Below are positions 49,354-59,808 of a stretch of 64,000 bases of DNA, piece after piece; within the stretch, counting starts at the first letter, position 1, and each line of letters begins with the position of its first letter. The DNA comes from Desulfovibrio sp. (GTDB lineage Bacteria > Desulfobacterota > Desulfovibrionia > Desulfovibrionales > Desulfovibrionaceae). The notes beneath the pieces are model-generated. The model was not told where the DNA came from. It saw only the letters and a list, made by a program, of their open reading frames with translations, and ran no database searches. The position numbers and the translations under genes were made by a program. The stretch lies in the NCBI GenBank assembly GCA_017450275.1, contig JAFSVD010000033.1:7918-71917 (forward strand), given 5' to 3'.

Positions 49354-50327
49354 TGTTTTTGCTCAAATCCCGGGTCAACCGGAAGATCAGATCGACTGGC
49401 ACAGGTTCTGGCAAGCACATCGCAACGTTCATTGTCGCTATTGCCTGCATGCCCCCGAAGCCAATGAAAGGTGACATGATGCCGCTCAAGAAGCGGCGTT
49501 AACGTTCGCCACAAATCCTGATTTTTGACGGGTTGTTTGGAAGAATTCACCCAGTTGTTCCTCACCCACGAAGAAATCCAGTGTTTCTCAATGGCATTAC
49601 ACACATACTGGGAATCTGAATACAAATCAACTTCTGAGGGATCTTCCAAGGTTTTCAACGATTCGATGACACTCAGAATTTCCATACGATTGTTGGTTGT
49701 CAAACGATAGCCACCGCTCATTTCAACAGCAGACGAGGCATCTTTGCGAACAATCGCAGCCCACCCTCCTGGCCCTGGATTGCCAAGGCACGATCCATCC
49801 GTAAAGATGACAATATGTTTTTTTGTTGGGTCAACGGGATGTTTGGCAGAAGATTCTTTGGCATAGGCAGGATCAATCCCAAAATCTTCCTTTGCTCCTT
49901 TTGACAACAAGGCATGCGCCACACTTTGCACCTTCTGCATCGTGGCATCGGTTCCGTCTTGATAGTGTATAGTGATGGTGTAGTTCGTAAAAAGAGAGAA
50001 TACCTGTTTCCAAAGATCCGTATTTTTCACCGGCGTCTTGCTCTTGCTTATCCAATTGTTGGCAGCCCATTGGAGCAGCCAGCCTTTGCCAATCGTATTG
50101 CAGATATAGTCGGAGGATGAATAGATCGTAACGTGAGAACCAGCCTCAAGGTGTTCGAGGGCTTTCAGCACACCGATCAGTTTGACACGGTTGCTCGTTG
50201 TCTTTAAAAGCCCTCCACGCAAAATACGTGGTTCAGAAGTATCGGGCGTATGCACCAAAGCAGCCCATGCACCACGACCAGGCGTGCATTGCATCGTCCC
50301 ATCGACAAAAATGACATACTCTTTCAC
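49350..50327 (-). CDS. rnhA: ribonuclease HI with tandem duplicated RNase H domain
   Basis: C-domain FTDGSCLGNPGPGG, TNNRME, SDSQY, KNQDLW, GHAG..NERCD; degenerate homologous N-domain. Confidence 0.92.
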   Translation of the reverse strand: MKEYVIFVDGTMQCTPGRGAWAALVHTPDTSEPRILRGGLLKTTSNRVKLIGVLKALEHLEAGSHVTIYSSSDYICNTIGKGWLLQWAANNWISKSKTPVKNTDLWKQVFSLFTNYTITIHYQDGTDATMQKVQSVAHALLSKGAKEDFGIDPAYAKESSAKHPVDPTKKHIVIFTDGSCLGNPGPGGWAAIVRKDASSAVEMSGGYRLTTNNRMEILSVIESLKTLEDPSEVDLYSDSQYVCNAIEKHWISSWVRNNWVNSSKQPVKNQDLWRTLTPLLERHHVTFHWLRGHAGNSDNERCDVLARTCASRSDLPVDPGFEQKQ

Positions 50328-50642
50328 GACTCGTTAGCACAAAAAGCGGTTTTTGTGCTTCCTCCTTACGCTACCCTTGAGATGGAGACATAGTCTAGAT
50401 TTTTATACAAAGAAGACTTATAATTTTTTATAAAAATTTTACCATATAATATCTTGCTAAAAGTTGCAGGGTTTTTATCATACTTTGCCATGCTCGGCAA
50501 GTAGCTTTCCTTGGTAAAAAATAAAAAGAGAGTATTTTGTATCGCGCAAACGACACGCACCCATTGCGGGAAAAGGTGCTGCTCACAAGGGGGAGGACAC
50601 AAAAAAAGGCTCCGCAGCAATGCAGAGCCCTCTTTACTCTCT

Positions 50643-50719
50643 TGGTCGGAGCGAAAGGATTTGAACCTTCGACCCCCTGCTCCCAAAGCAGGTGCGCTAC
50701 CAAGCTGCGCCACGCTCCG
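50643..50719 (-). tRNA. tRNA-Pro(TGG)
   Basis: CGGAGCGTGGCGCAGCTTGGTAGCGCACCTGCTTTGGGAGCAGGGGGTCGAAGGTTCAAATCCTTTCGCTCCGACCA. Confidence 0.98.
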
Positions 50720-50918
50720 AAAAATTTGTCTCTTCTTTAGCCCTAAAAAATCCCCTTGTCAAGAAGAGGAATTCGTACAAAAAGCAGCATGTACTGTTTG
50801 GACAAAGGCAGCAGCTTGAGAGTGATGCAAAAAAAACGTACCATAGTTCGTTTCAAGCTCATTGAGAGGCGATTTCCTGCTTTCCTTCCCTTCAACGACC
50901 CTAAGCAACGAGGAATAC

Positions 50919-52829
50919 ATGCTTGATAGTATTCGTTCCAATACCCAATCTTTTGGCGTGAAAGTGGCCTTTGGCATCATTATCCTAGTCTTTGTCTTCT
51001 GGGGTGTCGGAAGCTTTACCGAAGGCGATATGAGTCGTGTGATGGCGACGGTCAACGGAGAATCCCTGCTTGAACACCAATTCTACCGCCTCTATCATCG
51101 CGCCTCTGAACAACTTGCCCAAAAAGGCATAAGTCGTGATCAAATGCGCGCCGAACACCTGGGTCGCCAGATTTTGCAAACCATGATCGCCCATGCTCTT
51201 GTCCGCCAAGAGGCGACTCGCCTTGGTCTTAGCATAACACCGCTGGAACTGAGACAAACCATCCAGGAAAATCCGCTCTTTCAAAACGACAAGGGTGAAC
51301 TCGACGCCGATTCCTATAAGCGGGGTCTTGCCCAAATGAGGCTTTCTGCGGTTGATTTTGAAAACCAGCTCCGCGATGAACTCCTCTACGAAAAAACCTT
51401 GGAACTCATTGCCGCTTCGGTGTGGATAGACCCAGAATCTCCCCGCAGACACTACGATTTTCTCTTTGAAAAACGCGTCTTCGACACCATCTTTTTTGAT
51501 GCAAAGCCGTTTGCCGCCAAAGAAAGCGCCAACGACGAAGAGTGCAAAAGCTATTATGAAAAGCACCAGGCAAACTTTGTTGTTCCCAAAAAAGCCAATG
51601 TAACCTCTATCACCATCGACCCTACCAAGCTTGTTTCAGAAAAAAGCATTGCAGAGGAAGAAGTGCGCAAATGGTATGATACGCACCAAAGCAGCTATCG
51701 CGTCGATGAAGCTGTTTTCTGCTCCCATATCCTTGTCCCTCTCACGGAAAAGGCGAACGAGGAAGAGAGCAAAAAAGCCCATGCAACAATCGCTGAAATC
51801 CAAAAAGCCCTGCAAAAAGGGACATCCTTTGCCAGCCTTGCCGACACCTACAATCCCCAGGGAGCAGCAGAGAAGGGCGGCTCTCTTGGCTGGATTGAGC
51901 GTGGCAAAACCGTAGAACCCTTTGAAAAGGCCGCCTTTTCGCAAGCCGTAGGCGTTGTTTCAGAAAAACCCATCCAAACACAATTTGGTTTACACTTGAT
52001 TCTCGTCCACGAACATCGTGCTCAAGGCATCCGTCCCTACGACGAGGTCAAAGGCGAAATCAGAACGCAGCTTGCTGCTGAAAAGAGTCGGGACAAAACG
52101 ACCGAAGTCGGCGAAGCCTTGCTCGAAGACAGTCTGCTTGGCAAGGATCTTGCCCAATCCGCCAAAAAACTTGGCTTAGAAGCCAAACAAAGCGGCCTTT
52201 TGACCAAGGAAGAGCTTGAAACAACGCTTTCTCTTTCTTCTGAAGACGCTGAGGTGATTCTCTCAGGAACCCCTGTTGATACCCTCTTGCAGGCCAAGGA
52301 TATGATCCTTGTTGTACGGGTGGATGCCCTGGAAAAAGAAACAGTCAAGCCGTTTGAAGCTGTTCACGAAGAAATACAAACAGCGATACGCAATGAAAAA
52401 GGTCTGACAAAAGCCATGGAACAGGCGCAGGCAATGCGCAAAACGCTTTCTGATGGACCGATTGCCGAAGAAAACGTGAAACAACTCGCCATAACAAAGA
52501 CAGAGCCCGTTGAACGTACATCGCCCATTCCGCCCTTTACCCTGAATGAAGCCCTTCTACGGGAAGCTTTTGAAGCCAAGGATCAGGCATGGCTTCAAAA
52601 GGCCTATGCTGTTACCAAGGAGGACGGAACAAAAGGCGCTCTGCTTGTGCATGTCAATTCGATTGTCAAAGCCAATGCCGAAGACTGGGATCGCATTCAC
52701 ACCATTTTAGAGCGTGGTGCGTTACGCGACGCAGCGGAAGGCATTCGTTCAATTTTTCTGCAAGAGCTCTTTAAGAAAGCGACCATCACCAATGTCAACT
52801 ATGAAAAAACAGACAGATACGACGGTTAG
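50919..52829 (+). CDS. ppiD: PpiD-like periplasmic chaperone/parvulin PPIase
   Basis: N-terminal TM FVFWGV, SurA-like domain, SHILV, GGSLGW, FEKAAF, TQFGLHLI. Confidence 0.88.
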   Translation: MLDSIRSNTQSFGVKVAFGIIILVFVFWGVGSFTEGDMSRVMATVNGESLLEHQFYRLYHRASEQLAQKGISRDQMRAEHLGRQILQTMIAHALVRQEATRLGLSITPLELRQTIQENPLFQNDKGELDADSYKRGLAQMRLSAVDFENQLRDELLYEKTLELIAASVWIDPESPRRHYDFLFEKRVFDTIFFDAKPFAAKESANDEECKSYYEKHQANFVVPKKANVTSITIDPTKLVSEKSIAEEEVRKWYDTHQSSYRVDEAVFCSHILVPLTEKANEEESKKAHATIAEIQKALQKGTSFASLADTYNPQGAAEKGGSLGWIERGKTVEPFEKAAFSQAVGVVSEKPIQTQFGLHLILVHEHRAQGIRPYDEVKGEIRTQLAAEKSRDKTTEVGEALLEDSLLGKDLAQSAKKLGLEAKQSGLLTKEELETTLSLSSEDAEVILSGTPVDTLLQAKDMILVVRVDALEKETVKPFEAVHEEIQTAIRNEKGLTKAMEQAQAMRKTLSDGPIAEENVKQLAITKTEPVERTSPIPPFTLNEALLREAFEAKDQAWLQKAYAVTKEDGTKGALLVHVNSIVKANAEDWDRIHTILERGALRDAAEGIRSIFLQELFKKATITNVNYEKTDRYDG

Positions 52830-52871
52830 CTCAACCCAACGCACCATCTAACAGTTTTTTCCAGAGGATTT

Positions 52872-54701
52872 ATGTGTGGCATTATCGGCTATACCGGACA
52901 CCGGCCTGCGCTTCCTGTGGTTCTTGAAGGCCTTCGGCACCTTGAATACCGGGGCTATGACTCAGCGGGCGTTGGATATGTTTTGCAGAAAAAACTCCAT
53001 CGTGTGCGTGCCAAGGGAAAATTGCACAATCTCGAAGACGCTCTCACCAACCTTGGGGCTGCAATCACTGTGAGCTGTGCCATTGGCCATACCCGATGGG
53101 CAACCCACGGCATTCCCGAAGAACGCAACGCCCATCCCCATTTCTCAAACGATGGCACGCTGGCGCTGGTTCACAACGGCATTATTGAAAATTATCAGGA
53201 ATTGAAGGCAGAGCTTGTTCAAAAAGGCTATGGCTTTGAGTCTGACACCGATACCGAGGTCTTGATCAATCTTATCAGCTTTTGCAGACAGAGTGAGCCA
53301 TCCCTTCTTGCCGCCTTTGCCAAAGCGCTCTCCCTTGCGCACGGAGCCTACGCTGTCTGCATGCTTGACTGTGAAGCCCCGCAAACTCTCTATGCTGCCC
53401 GCATGCAAGCGCCGCTTCTTGTGGGAAAAGGGGTTGGGGAATACTTCATCGCCTCCGATATTCCGGCCTTTCTCGCAAGCACCCGCGATGTGCTCTTTCT
53501 CGAAGACGGAGAAATCGTCGTTGCAAGCCCCAATACCTGCTCCCTCTATACGCTCACAGATATTGTCCATCCTCTCAAACGAGAGGTTCAAACCATCCAA
53601 TGGGGCATTCAGGCGGCGCAAAAAGGCGGCTATCGCCATTTCATGCTCAAGGAAATCTTTGAGCAGCCAACCGTGATTCAAGATTGCTTAAGTGGCCGCA
53701 TAAAAGCCGACAACCACATCGATTTGCCAGAACTGGCTAGCATGCCGCTTCCCAAGCAAATCCATATCGTTGCTTGCGGCACATCCTACCACGCAGGCCT
53801 TTGGGGACAGCATATTCTTGAAAACCTTGCCCACATTCCTGTGACAACGGAAATCGCCTCCGAATTTCGCTACAAAGAGCGTTTTTTGATCCCGCAGGAT
53901 GATCTTGTGCTTGTCATAAGCCAAAGCGGCGAAACCGCCGATACCTTGGCTGCCTTGCGCACAGCCAAAGAGCATAGCATTCCAACCCTTGCTCTGTGCA
54001 ATGTGCTTGGCTCTTCGCTCGCCAGAGAAGCTGACCGAGTCTGCTACACCCAGGCAGGGCCTGAAATCAGCGTTGCCTCAACCAAGGCCATGACAAGCCA
54101 AATGCTCCTTTTGACCTGTCTGGCGCTCTTTTTTGGCGAAAAGAAAGGGGTCTTGGATCCCTTGCAGCAAAAACACCTCCTTGCGACGTTGAAAACCCTT
54201 CCCATCACGCTTGCCAATGAACTGCCCACCATGCATGAAAAAGCCAAATTCCTCGCCAGAAAATACGCGCAGGCAAAAAGCTTTTTCTTTTTAGGGCGTG
54301 GACACTGCTTTTCCCTCGCCTTGGAGGGCGCGTTGAAACTGAAGGAACTCTCCTATATCCACGCTGAAGGCTATGCGTGCGGCGAAATGAAACACGGCCC
54401 CATAGCCCTGATCGATCCCCATTTCCCAAGCCTTGTCTTAGCGCTTGACGACGCCTTCTATCCCAAGATCACCTCCAATGTCGTTGAGATTCAGTCTCGG
54501 CAAGGCCGTGTGATCGCCATAACCAATCCAGGAACCGATATTGCCGTGGATGACCGATGGGAAATTCCGAAAGTGCTTGATCCCCTCTCAGCCTTTTGCG
54601 TCTTGCCCTGTCTCCAACTCTTCAGTTATGAAATGGCCGATTACTTGGGAAAAGATGTGGATCAACCGAGGAATTTAGCAAAAAGCGTGACTGTTGAGTA
54701 A
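52872..54701 (+). CDS. glmS: glutamine--fructose-6-phosphate aminotransferase
   Basis: MCGIIG, GHTRWATHG, SQSGET, PRNLAKSVTVE. Confidence 0.98.
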   Translation: MCGIIGYTGHRPALPVVLEGLRHLEYRGYDSAGVGYVLQKKLHRVRAKGKLHNLEDALTNLGAAITVSCAIGHTRWATHGIPEERNAHPHFSNDGTLALVHNGIIENYQELKAELVQKGYGFESDTDTEVLINLISFCRQSEPSLLAAFAKALSLAHGAYAVCMLDCEAPQTLYAARMQAPLLVGKGVGEYFIASDIPAFLASTRDVLFLEDGEIVVASPNTCSLYTLTDIVHPLKREVQTIQWGIQAAQKGGYRHFMLKEIFEQPTVIQDCLSGRIKADNHIDLPELASMPLPKQIHIVACGTSYHAGLWGQHILENLAHIPVTTEIASEFRYKERFLIPQDDLVLVISQSGETADTLAALRTAKEHSIPTLALCNVLGSSLAREADRVCYTQAGPEISVASTKAMTSQMLLLTCLALFFGEKKGVLDPLQQKHLLATLKTLPITLANELPTMHEKAKFLARKYAQAKSFFFLGRGHCFSLALEGALKLKELSYIHAEGYACGEMKHGPIALIDPHFPSLVLALDDAFYPKITSNVVEIQSRQGRVIAITNPGTDIAVDDRWEIPKVLDPLSAFCVLPCLQLFSYEMADYLGKDVDQPRNLAKSVTVE

Positions 54702-54943
54702 ACACAACAGGGTATCAGACATAGTACATCGAAAGATGCGCTATGAATACTTTCCTTCAAACAGTAATCGCGCTAAATAGAGATAAACAATATACTATTT
54801 TTATGATCTGACGGATATTTTTTGTCTCATATATTAGTGTAATAGTAAAACTATATTTGAAATCAAGATTAACTTTTTATAATTTTCAAGAAAATGAGCG
54901 CCTTATATCCATAAAGGGATTTGGATATAAGGCGCCTTCGTAT

Positions 54944-54983
54944 AAAAAAAGGCGCCTCGAAAAAAATCGAGACGCCTTTTTTA
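54944..54983. terminator. bidirectional terminator
   Basis: A-run GGCGCCTCGA..TCGAGACGCC T-run. Confidence 0.75.
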
Positions 54984-54995
54984 TTGTATTTACAA

Positions 54996-55415
54996 TTATT
55001 TTCGAATAATAAGCAATGTTGTCAGGGTATTGCGCAATACGCGTTCGGTACACGAACCCAAGAGCATATCTGTCACACAGTCGCGACCGTCACTGAACAT
55101 CACAATCACATCGACCTTCTCACGCTCAGCGACTTTCACGATCACATTGGCAGGAACGCCTCTGTCGATAATCTTGGTACAATGCGCATTGGCTTTCTGA
55201 ATAATGGCTTCATATTCGGCAAAAATGGTTTGTCCGGCTTCATCGGCGTCGTGTTGCAATTGCTGACGATCTTTACCGCCAATCATCTCAGGCACCGGGT
55301 CAAGAACATGGAGAAGGATGATCTCTTTGGGAGAAAGATGAAGGGCGGCATCAATAGCCTTCATGGAACGTTCTTTTGTTTTAATGCTTATGGGCAACAG
55401 AACTTTATCAAACAT
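54996..55415 (-). CDS. universal stress protein
   Basis: MFDKVLLP, LLHV, DVIVM, LLGSCTERVL; AGGAGG RBS. Confidence 0.92.
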   Translation of the reverse strand: MFDKVLLPISIKTKERSMKAIDAALHLSPKEIILLHVLDPVPEMIGGKDRQQLQHDADEAGQTIFAEYEAIIQKANAHCTKIIDRGVPANVIVKVAEREKVDVIVMFSDGRDCVTDMLLGSCTERVLRNTLTTLLIIRK

Positions 55416-55551
55416 CGTCATCCTCCTGATACATGGACTTGGACGTATCGTCAAAACAACAAAAAAGTCGGGCAATGAACAAAGAGACGGGACAATACAC
55501 CGTTACGGCTAAAGGCCATACTAGAAAAAATTGTACTCGAAACACGACAAG

Positions 55552-58500
55552 CTAGTCAATGGGCTGCTTCTTCCTTGTCTGCTTCAAAGCAATGGTGTTG
55601 CGCTCAACCTGATGCTCAAGTTCTGGAAGCAGATCCTTCAAGGCTTGCCTATCCTCTTTCTGGGCAGCCCGCACAACACAATTGGCAACACGCGAAAGGA
55701 CACGCAGGCTATACGCATCGCTTTCCCGTTCAATACGAGCCGCAGCATCGGCAACACGCTTATAATTTTGTCCCTCAAGGGCTCTTGTGGCCTCCTCCAT
55801 CGACCGCGTTAAGCGTTTGGCAAGTTCCAAAAAAGCAGGATTGGGTTCATCCTGTGCTGCCTGTTGGCTTTGCTTGGTTGGCACAGGCCTGGGTTCTCCC
55901 ACCCATCCATCGTCCAAATCGAGATCAAGATCGCCTCTCTTTTGCTTCTTTGTCTCAACAGGTCTGGGTTCGCCCACCCATCCATCATCCAAATCGAGAT
56001 CGAGATCGCCTCTCTTTTGCTTCTTTGTCTCAACAGGTCTGGGTTCTCCCACCCATCCATCGTCCAAATTGAAATCGAGATCAGCTGTGTTTTGTTTCTT
56101 TGTCTCAACAGGCCTGGGTTCACCCACCCATCCATCGTCCAAAGTAAGATCGAGATCGCGTGTATTTTGCGACGCACCTTTTGCAACGGGTCTTGGTTCC
56201 CCAACCGCTGGTTCATCGAAGGAGAGAGAAGTGTGTGGCGTCTTTGGAGGAACGGGTCTGGGTTCGCCAACCGCTGGTTCATCGAAGGAGAGACTGCGAT
56301 CAAGAGATGAACTTTGCGATGCCTTCTTCGATTGACTGCCCTTTGTGGGTGTTCCCCCTGTTTTGTCTGCTTGCGGCTCAATGCTTACGGCTGTCTCGTT
56401 CGTCGATGCTTTTTGCGGCGCAATAGAAACAGGGTTGGGATGGACTTCTTGAGCGAGCAGAGGCGACTTTTGGACAGTATGGTGAGAGTGCACTTGGGCT
56501 TCGTCTTCAGCCGATTCCGTTAGATACTTTGTCAATAAATCCTCATCGCCAAGTTCTTCCTTAATTTTTTGAATTCGATTGGAGGCGGCATTGTGGGCGT
56601 GATGCGCCATGACCGATGGGGTGGGTTGAATTTGTTCAGCGTTTTTTGGCTCGACGCCTTTTGCTTCCACCTGTTTGGAAATATCTTTCATCGAGGAAAG
56701 AGAATTCAACACGCGGGCGATATCGATGAGTTCATCGATATCCTTGGGAACGCCGCCCTGTTCTTTACCAAAAAGATCCGGGATCGGCTCAAGCGGCGTT
56801 GCTTGACAGACAGATTGGCTTTGGACAACAGCATCGTAGGCAGTCAGCAATTCGGCAACCGTATTCCGCAAGGCTTCCTCGTCAATGGGTTCCACCAAGG
56901 CATGGGTAAAGCCGGCTTTTCCCAACTCACTCCAGTGTTCATCGGTGCGTGTAATAGCCAAGATCTTGCAAAACGGCAGCCCTCCTGTTTTAGCCTGCTT
57001 CAGCATGCTTCGAATGAGAAGCGTGGCCTTCGGCGTTGCCAAGGTATCGTGAATAACAACCAGGATGGCTGGATTGATCGCATGGATTTCCTGGGCTTTT
57101 GTAACAGAGTCGGCTTCGGCAAAACGGCACGGCATCCCACTAAGCATTGCCTTGATCTCCCGACGTGCAGAAGAGTTCTTTGAACAAAGCAAGATCAAGG
57201 GTTGGGGATTGAGAGCCAAAGACTCTTTCTCATCAACCAAGGTAAGATGGAGTGCCAAAGAGATCGTTGTTCCTTGGGCATCGCTCAACAGCGTCAAGGC
57301 GCCGTGTAAATCGCTCGCCAGCGTCCAAGCATTGGCAACAGCCAGACCAGATCGAATCCCTGTCGATTCTGGATCGCCGGTATCCGTGATGGTGAATAAC
57401 AAATGCCCAGGATCGGCACTTTTGGGATAGTGGCGCACCGTAAAATGCACGGAGCCGCGTTTTGTCACAGAAACCGCGCTTTCGACCAATTGCAATAAGA
57501 CCGAATGCAATCGTTTGGCATTGCCCTGATAGAGAACCGGAAGCTCAGGCGGCATATACCAGGCCAGGGCTATTCCCGTATCTTGGGATTCCTGGACAGC
57601 ACACGAATACATCGATCGCATCAAATACTGCAGGTCGATGCGTTCAACTGCCTCGTCGCTCTCGTCTTTCCCGTATTGGGTTCCGCACAAGGCGTCTGAA
57701 ATCCGTTCAGCCTGTTCCCGCAACGCCACAATCTGGGCGTGGAGGGTTTTTGAAACAGAGCGCTCTTCCAGGCTCCGGAACGCGGCAAGAATGCTCGACA
57801 TGGCATCGTTGCCAGAGTCCGTTTTCAGCACAAGCCCCTCTTGAGCCTTTGTATCCGCTTTCTTGCTCTTTGCTTTTGGCTTGGGAGCAGAGGTGGGCGG
57901 ATCCATGGATAAAAGATCCAAATCGGCATTGGGCGCCACAGGCTCATTTGTTTCAGCGGGTCTTGCTTCCTCCAAAGGCGGATTGGGAGAAGACACAAGC
58001 AAAAGAGCGCTCAACACAACACCGCAGAGGGGGAATGCCGAGAGAAAATCAGCAGGCAGGCCGCTCAAAAGGCCTAAAATACCCGCTGCGGTAAAAAGCG
58101 GCGGGAAAAAGCACATCAACAGAAAACGCTGGGAACCAGGAAGGCCGATAAAAAGAGCCCACAGCGCTGTTGGAATGAAAAAAATCGTCCCCAAGGGCCA
58201 CAATTCCAAAAAACGCGCTGTCTGACTGTAGCCTGGAACCAAGGGAAAGAGGGCGACAGCTGCGCCAATCAAGGTCAAGAGAATAAGCTGCGCATCCACT
58301 ATGCGCGAAAGCGTGCGCGAACGCATAATATGCCGCGCAACATGGGGCAAGAGCATCAAGGTCACGCCAGGGGTTATCGTGCTTGCGAACTGGCTGAAGC
58401 CAATATGACCCCGTTCAATCGTTGGCAATCCCAGGTAGCCGGCTGCCAAGGCGCTCCCCACATAGAAGACTGTCCAAATACGCCATTGCCCACGCTCTGA

Positions 58501-59154
58501 AAAACACCGCAGCAAACACAAGAGCGTGATAATTGCAAGCACAAGCACCGCAGCCGGATGCGCCAAGGCGCCCCAATTGTTGGCGGCATTGTGGGGGGTG
58601 CGGAGCATAGGGGCAAACCAAAGCCCAGGAGGACCTGCCAGGCGGATATAACAGGTTTTTGGCTCGCTGCCCGCTTCCGGCAAATTGAGGATGTGGCGAT
58701 CTGTCACTGTTATGCTCCGCCACCGCTGCATCCCGGCTGAAGATGGCTGCTCAGAAACATAGAAGGTTGGATCCCCTGGCAGACTTTCGCCCAGAGACAG
58801 AAGCCATTCCACCGCCTTCGCTCCTTCAGGTAAGGGCGCTATCGTGAAACGAAGCCAGTAGGTGCCGGCGTTGAGCTCCAAATCGAGGGGGCGCAACGGA
58901 AGAAATTTGAGGCTCTTTTCCTGAACAGCAATGGCATCAATATCAAGACTTCCTTTTTCATCCAAGACGTATTCAAGATAGGGAAGAAATGAGATGCTCT
59001 CTCCCCGAAGATCGGAGGGGAAAATGGGGACAGCCCCAACAGTTTTTGCTATCCCCACACAAAGAAGGAGAGCAAAAACAAGCAGCACGGTTCGGAGTGT
59101 TCGGATGACGTGAGGGAAGGGCATTGTGGTCAGCATGGGTGAACAATCCTTCAA
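55552..59154 (-). CDS. membrane sensor with 7TM-DISM-like, degenerate HATPase, REC and Hpt-like domains
   Basis: GTYWLRF periplasmic domain, about 7 TM, RLHSVLLQLVESA..GSV..FTITDTG, AGFTHALVEP, C-terminal Hpt-like helices; start uncertain. Confidence 0.8.
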   Translation of the reverse strand: MKDCSPMLTTMPFPHVIRTLRTVLLVFALLLCVGIAKTVGAVPIFPSDLRGESISFLPYLEYVLDEKGSLDIDAIAVQEKSLKFLPLRPLDLELNAGTYWLRFTIAPLPEGAKAVEWLLSLGESLPGDPTFYVSEQPSSAGMQRWRSITVTDRHILNLPEAGSEPKTCYIRLAGPPGLWFAPMLRTPHNAANNWGALAHPAAVLVLAIITLLCLLRCFSERGQWRIWTVFYVGSALAAGYLGLPTIERGHIGFSQFASTITPGVTLMLLPHVARHIMRSRTLSRIVDAQLILLTLIGAAVALFPLVPGYSQTARFLELWPLGTIFFIPTALWALFIGLPGSQRFLLMCFFPPLFTAAGILGLLSGLPADFLSAFPLCGVVLSALLLVSSPNPPLEEARPAETNEPVAPNADLDLLSMDPPTSAPKPKAKSKKADTKAQEGLVLKTDSGNDAMSSILAAFRSLEERSVSKTLHAQIVALREQAERISDALCGTQYGKDESDEAVERIDLQYLMRSMYSCAVQESQDTGIALAWYMPPELPVLYQGNAKRLHSVLLQLVESAVSVTKRGSVHFTVRHYPKSADPGHLLFTITDTGDPESTGIRSGLAVANAWTLASDLHGALTLLSDAQGTTISLALHLTLVDEKESLALNPQPLILLCSKNSSARREIKAMLSGMPCRFAEADSVTKAQEIHAINPAILVVIHDTLATPKATLLIRSMLKQAKTGGLPFCKILAITRTDEHWSELGKAGFTHALVEPIDEEALRNTVAELLTAYDAVVQSQSVCQATPLEPIPDLFGKEQGGVPKDIDELIDIARVLNSLSSMKDISKQVEAKGVEPKNAEQIQPTPSVMAHHAHNAASNRIQKIKEELGDEDLLTKYLTESAEDEAQVHSHHTVQKSPLLAQEVHPNPVSIAPQKASTNETAVSIEPQADKTGGTPTKGSQSKKASQSSSLDRSLSFDEPAVGEPRPVPPKTPHTSLSFDEPAVGEPRPVAKGASQNTRDLDLTLDDGWVGEPRPVETKKQNTADLDFNLDDGWVGEPRPVETKKQKRGDLDLDLDDGWVGEPRPVETKKQKRGDLDLDLDDGWVGEPRPVPTKQSQQAAQDEPNPAFLELAKRLTRSMEEATRALEGQNYKRVADAAARIERESDAYSLRVLSRVANCVVRAAQKEDRQALKDLLPELEHQVERNTIALKQTRKKQPID
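55880..56295 (-). repeat. intragenic tandem repeat: four 75-nt units plus two related units (GEPRPV)
   Basis: GGGTT(C)NCCC anchors at 55891, 55966, 56041, 56116, then near 56194 and 56260. Confidence 0.95.
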
Positions 59155-59225
59155 AAAAACCGCAGAGAGCCTCTATGTACTCCCTGGCGGTACAGCGAAA
59201 AAACCACGACAAAAAGAAAAGGCTC

Positions 59226-59801
59226 TTACGGTTTTGTTGTTTTCAGACGCTCAACCAGGCTTTGGAGCAATTCTCCATTCCCCAAGGTCGTTTTTGGATT
59301 CAAACGCAAGACCTCGTCCCACATCGCAAGCGCCGGCTCAACCTGGGAGAGATCATAGTAGAAAACAATGCCGGCATTCATCCGCGACTGGATGTGGTTT
59401 GGGTCGAGATTTTTTGCTTCTTGAAAGAGTTGAAGGGCGCGATCGTATTGTTTGGTTCTGCGATACATGATCCCCAAATCCGTCAACACATCGGCATTCT
59501 TCGCTCCCAAGGAAAGAGCCATCTCGTAGGCAGCTATGGCATCCTTTGGCCGATCGTCATCAAAAAAGAGATTCCCCAATTCAACCCATAGGGCAGCGTT
59601 TTTCGCATCCTTGGCCAATTGCTCGCTGATAGCAGCAATACGGGGATTTTCCGGACTTTTGGCTGCTTTCGAAACAGCTTGTTGGGGTTTTTGCACAGAT
59701 GTCGGTCGGTCACTCAGCATAGATCCTACGACCACACCGAAAACAAAGGTGAGGATCATACCAATGATAGCGTAACTTTTCTTAAGCATAGATATATCCA
59801 A
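59226..59801 (-). CDS. membrane-anchored TPR protein (ccm operon)
   Basis: TM, WVELGNLFFD, VLTDLGIMYRR. Confidence 0.85.
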   Translation of the reverse strand: MDISMLKKSYAIIGMILTFVFGVVVGSMLSDRPTSVQKPQQAVSKAAKSPENPRIAAISEQLAKDAKNAALWVELGNLFFDDDRPKDAIAAYEMALSLGAKNADVLTDLGIMYRRTKQYDRALQLFQEAKNLDPNHIQSRMNAGIVFYYDLSQVEPALAMWDEVLRLNPKTTLGNGELLQSLVERLKTTKP

Positions 59802-59808
59802 AAAAGAG

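Noticed and set aside
50330-50642. Integrative element at the tRNA-Pro 3' end
   Set aside because: No integrase and no duplicated tRNA end; only a terminator-like stem and an AT-rich promoter region.
55880-56295. Regularly spaced repeats resembling a CRISPR array
   Set aside because: In-frame coding repeats with near-identical 'spacers' and no cas genes.
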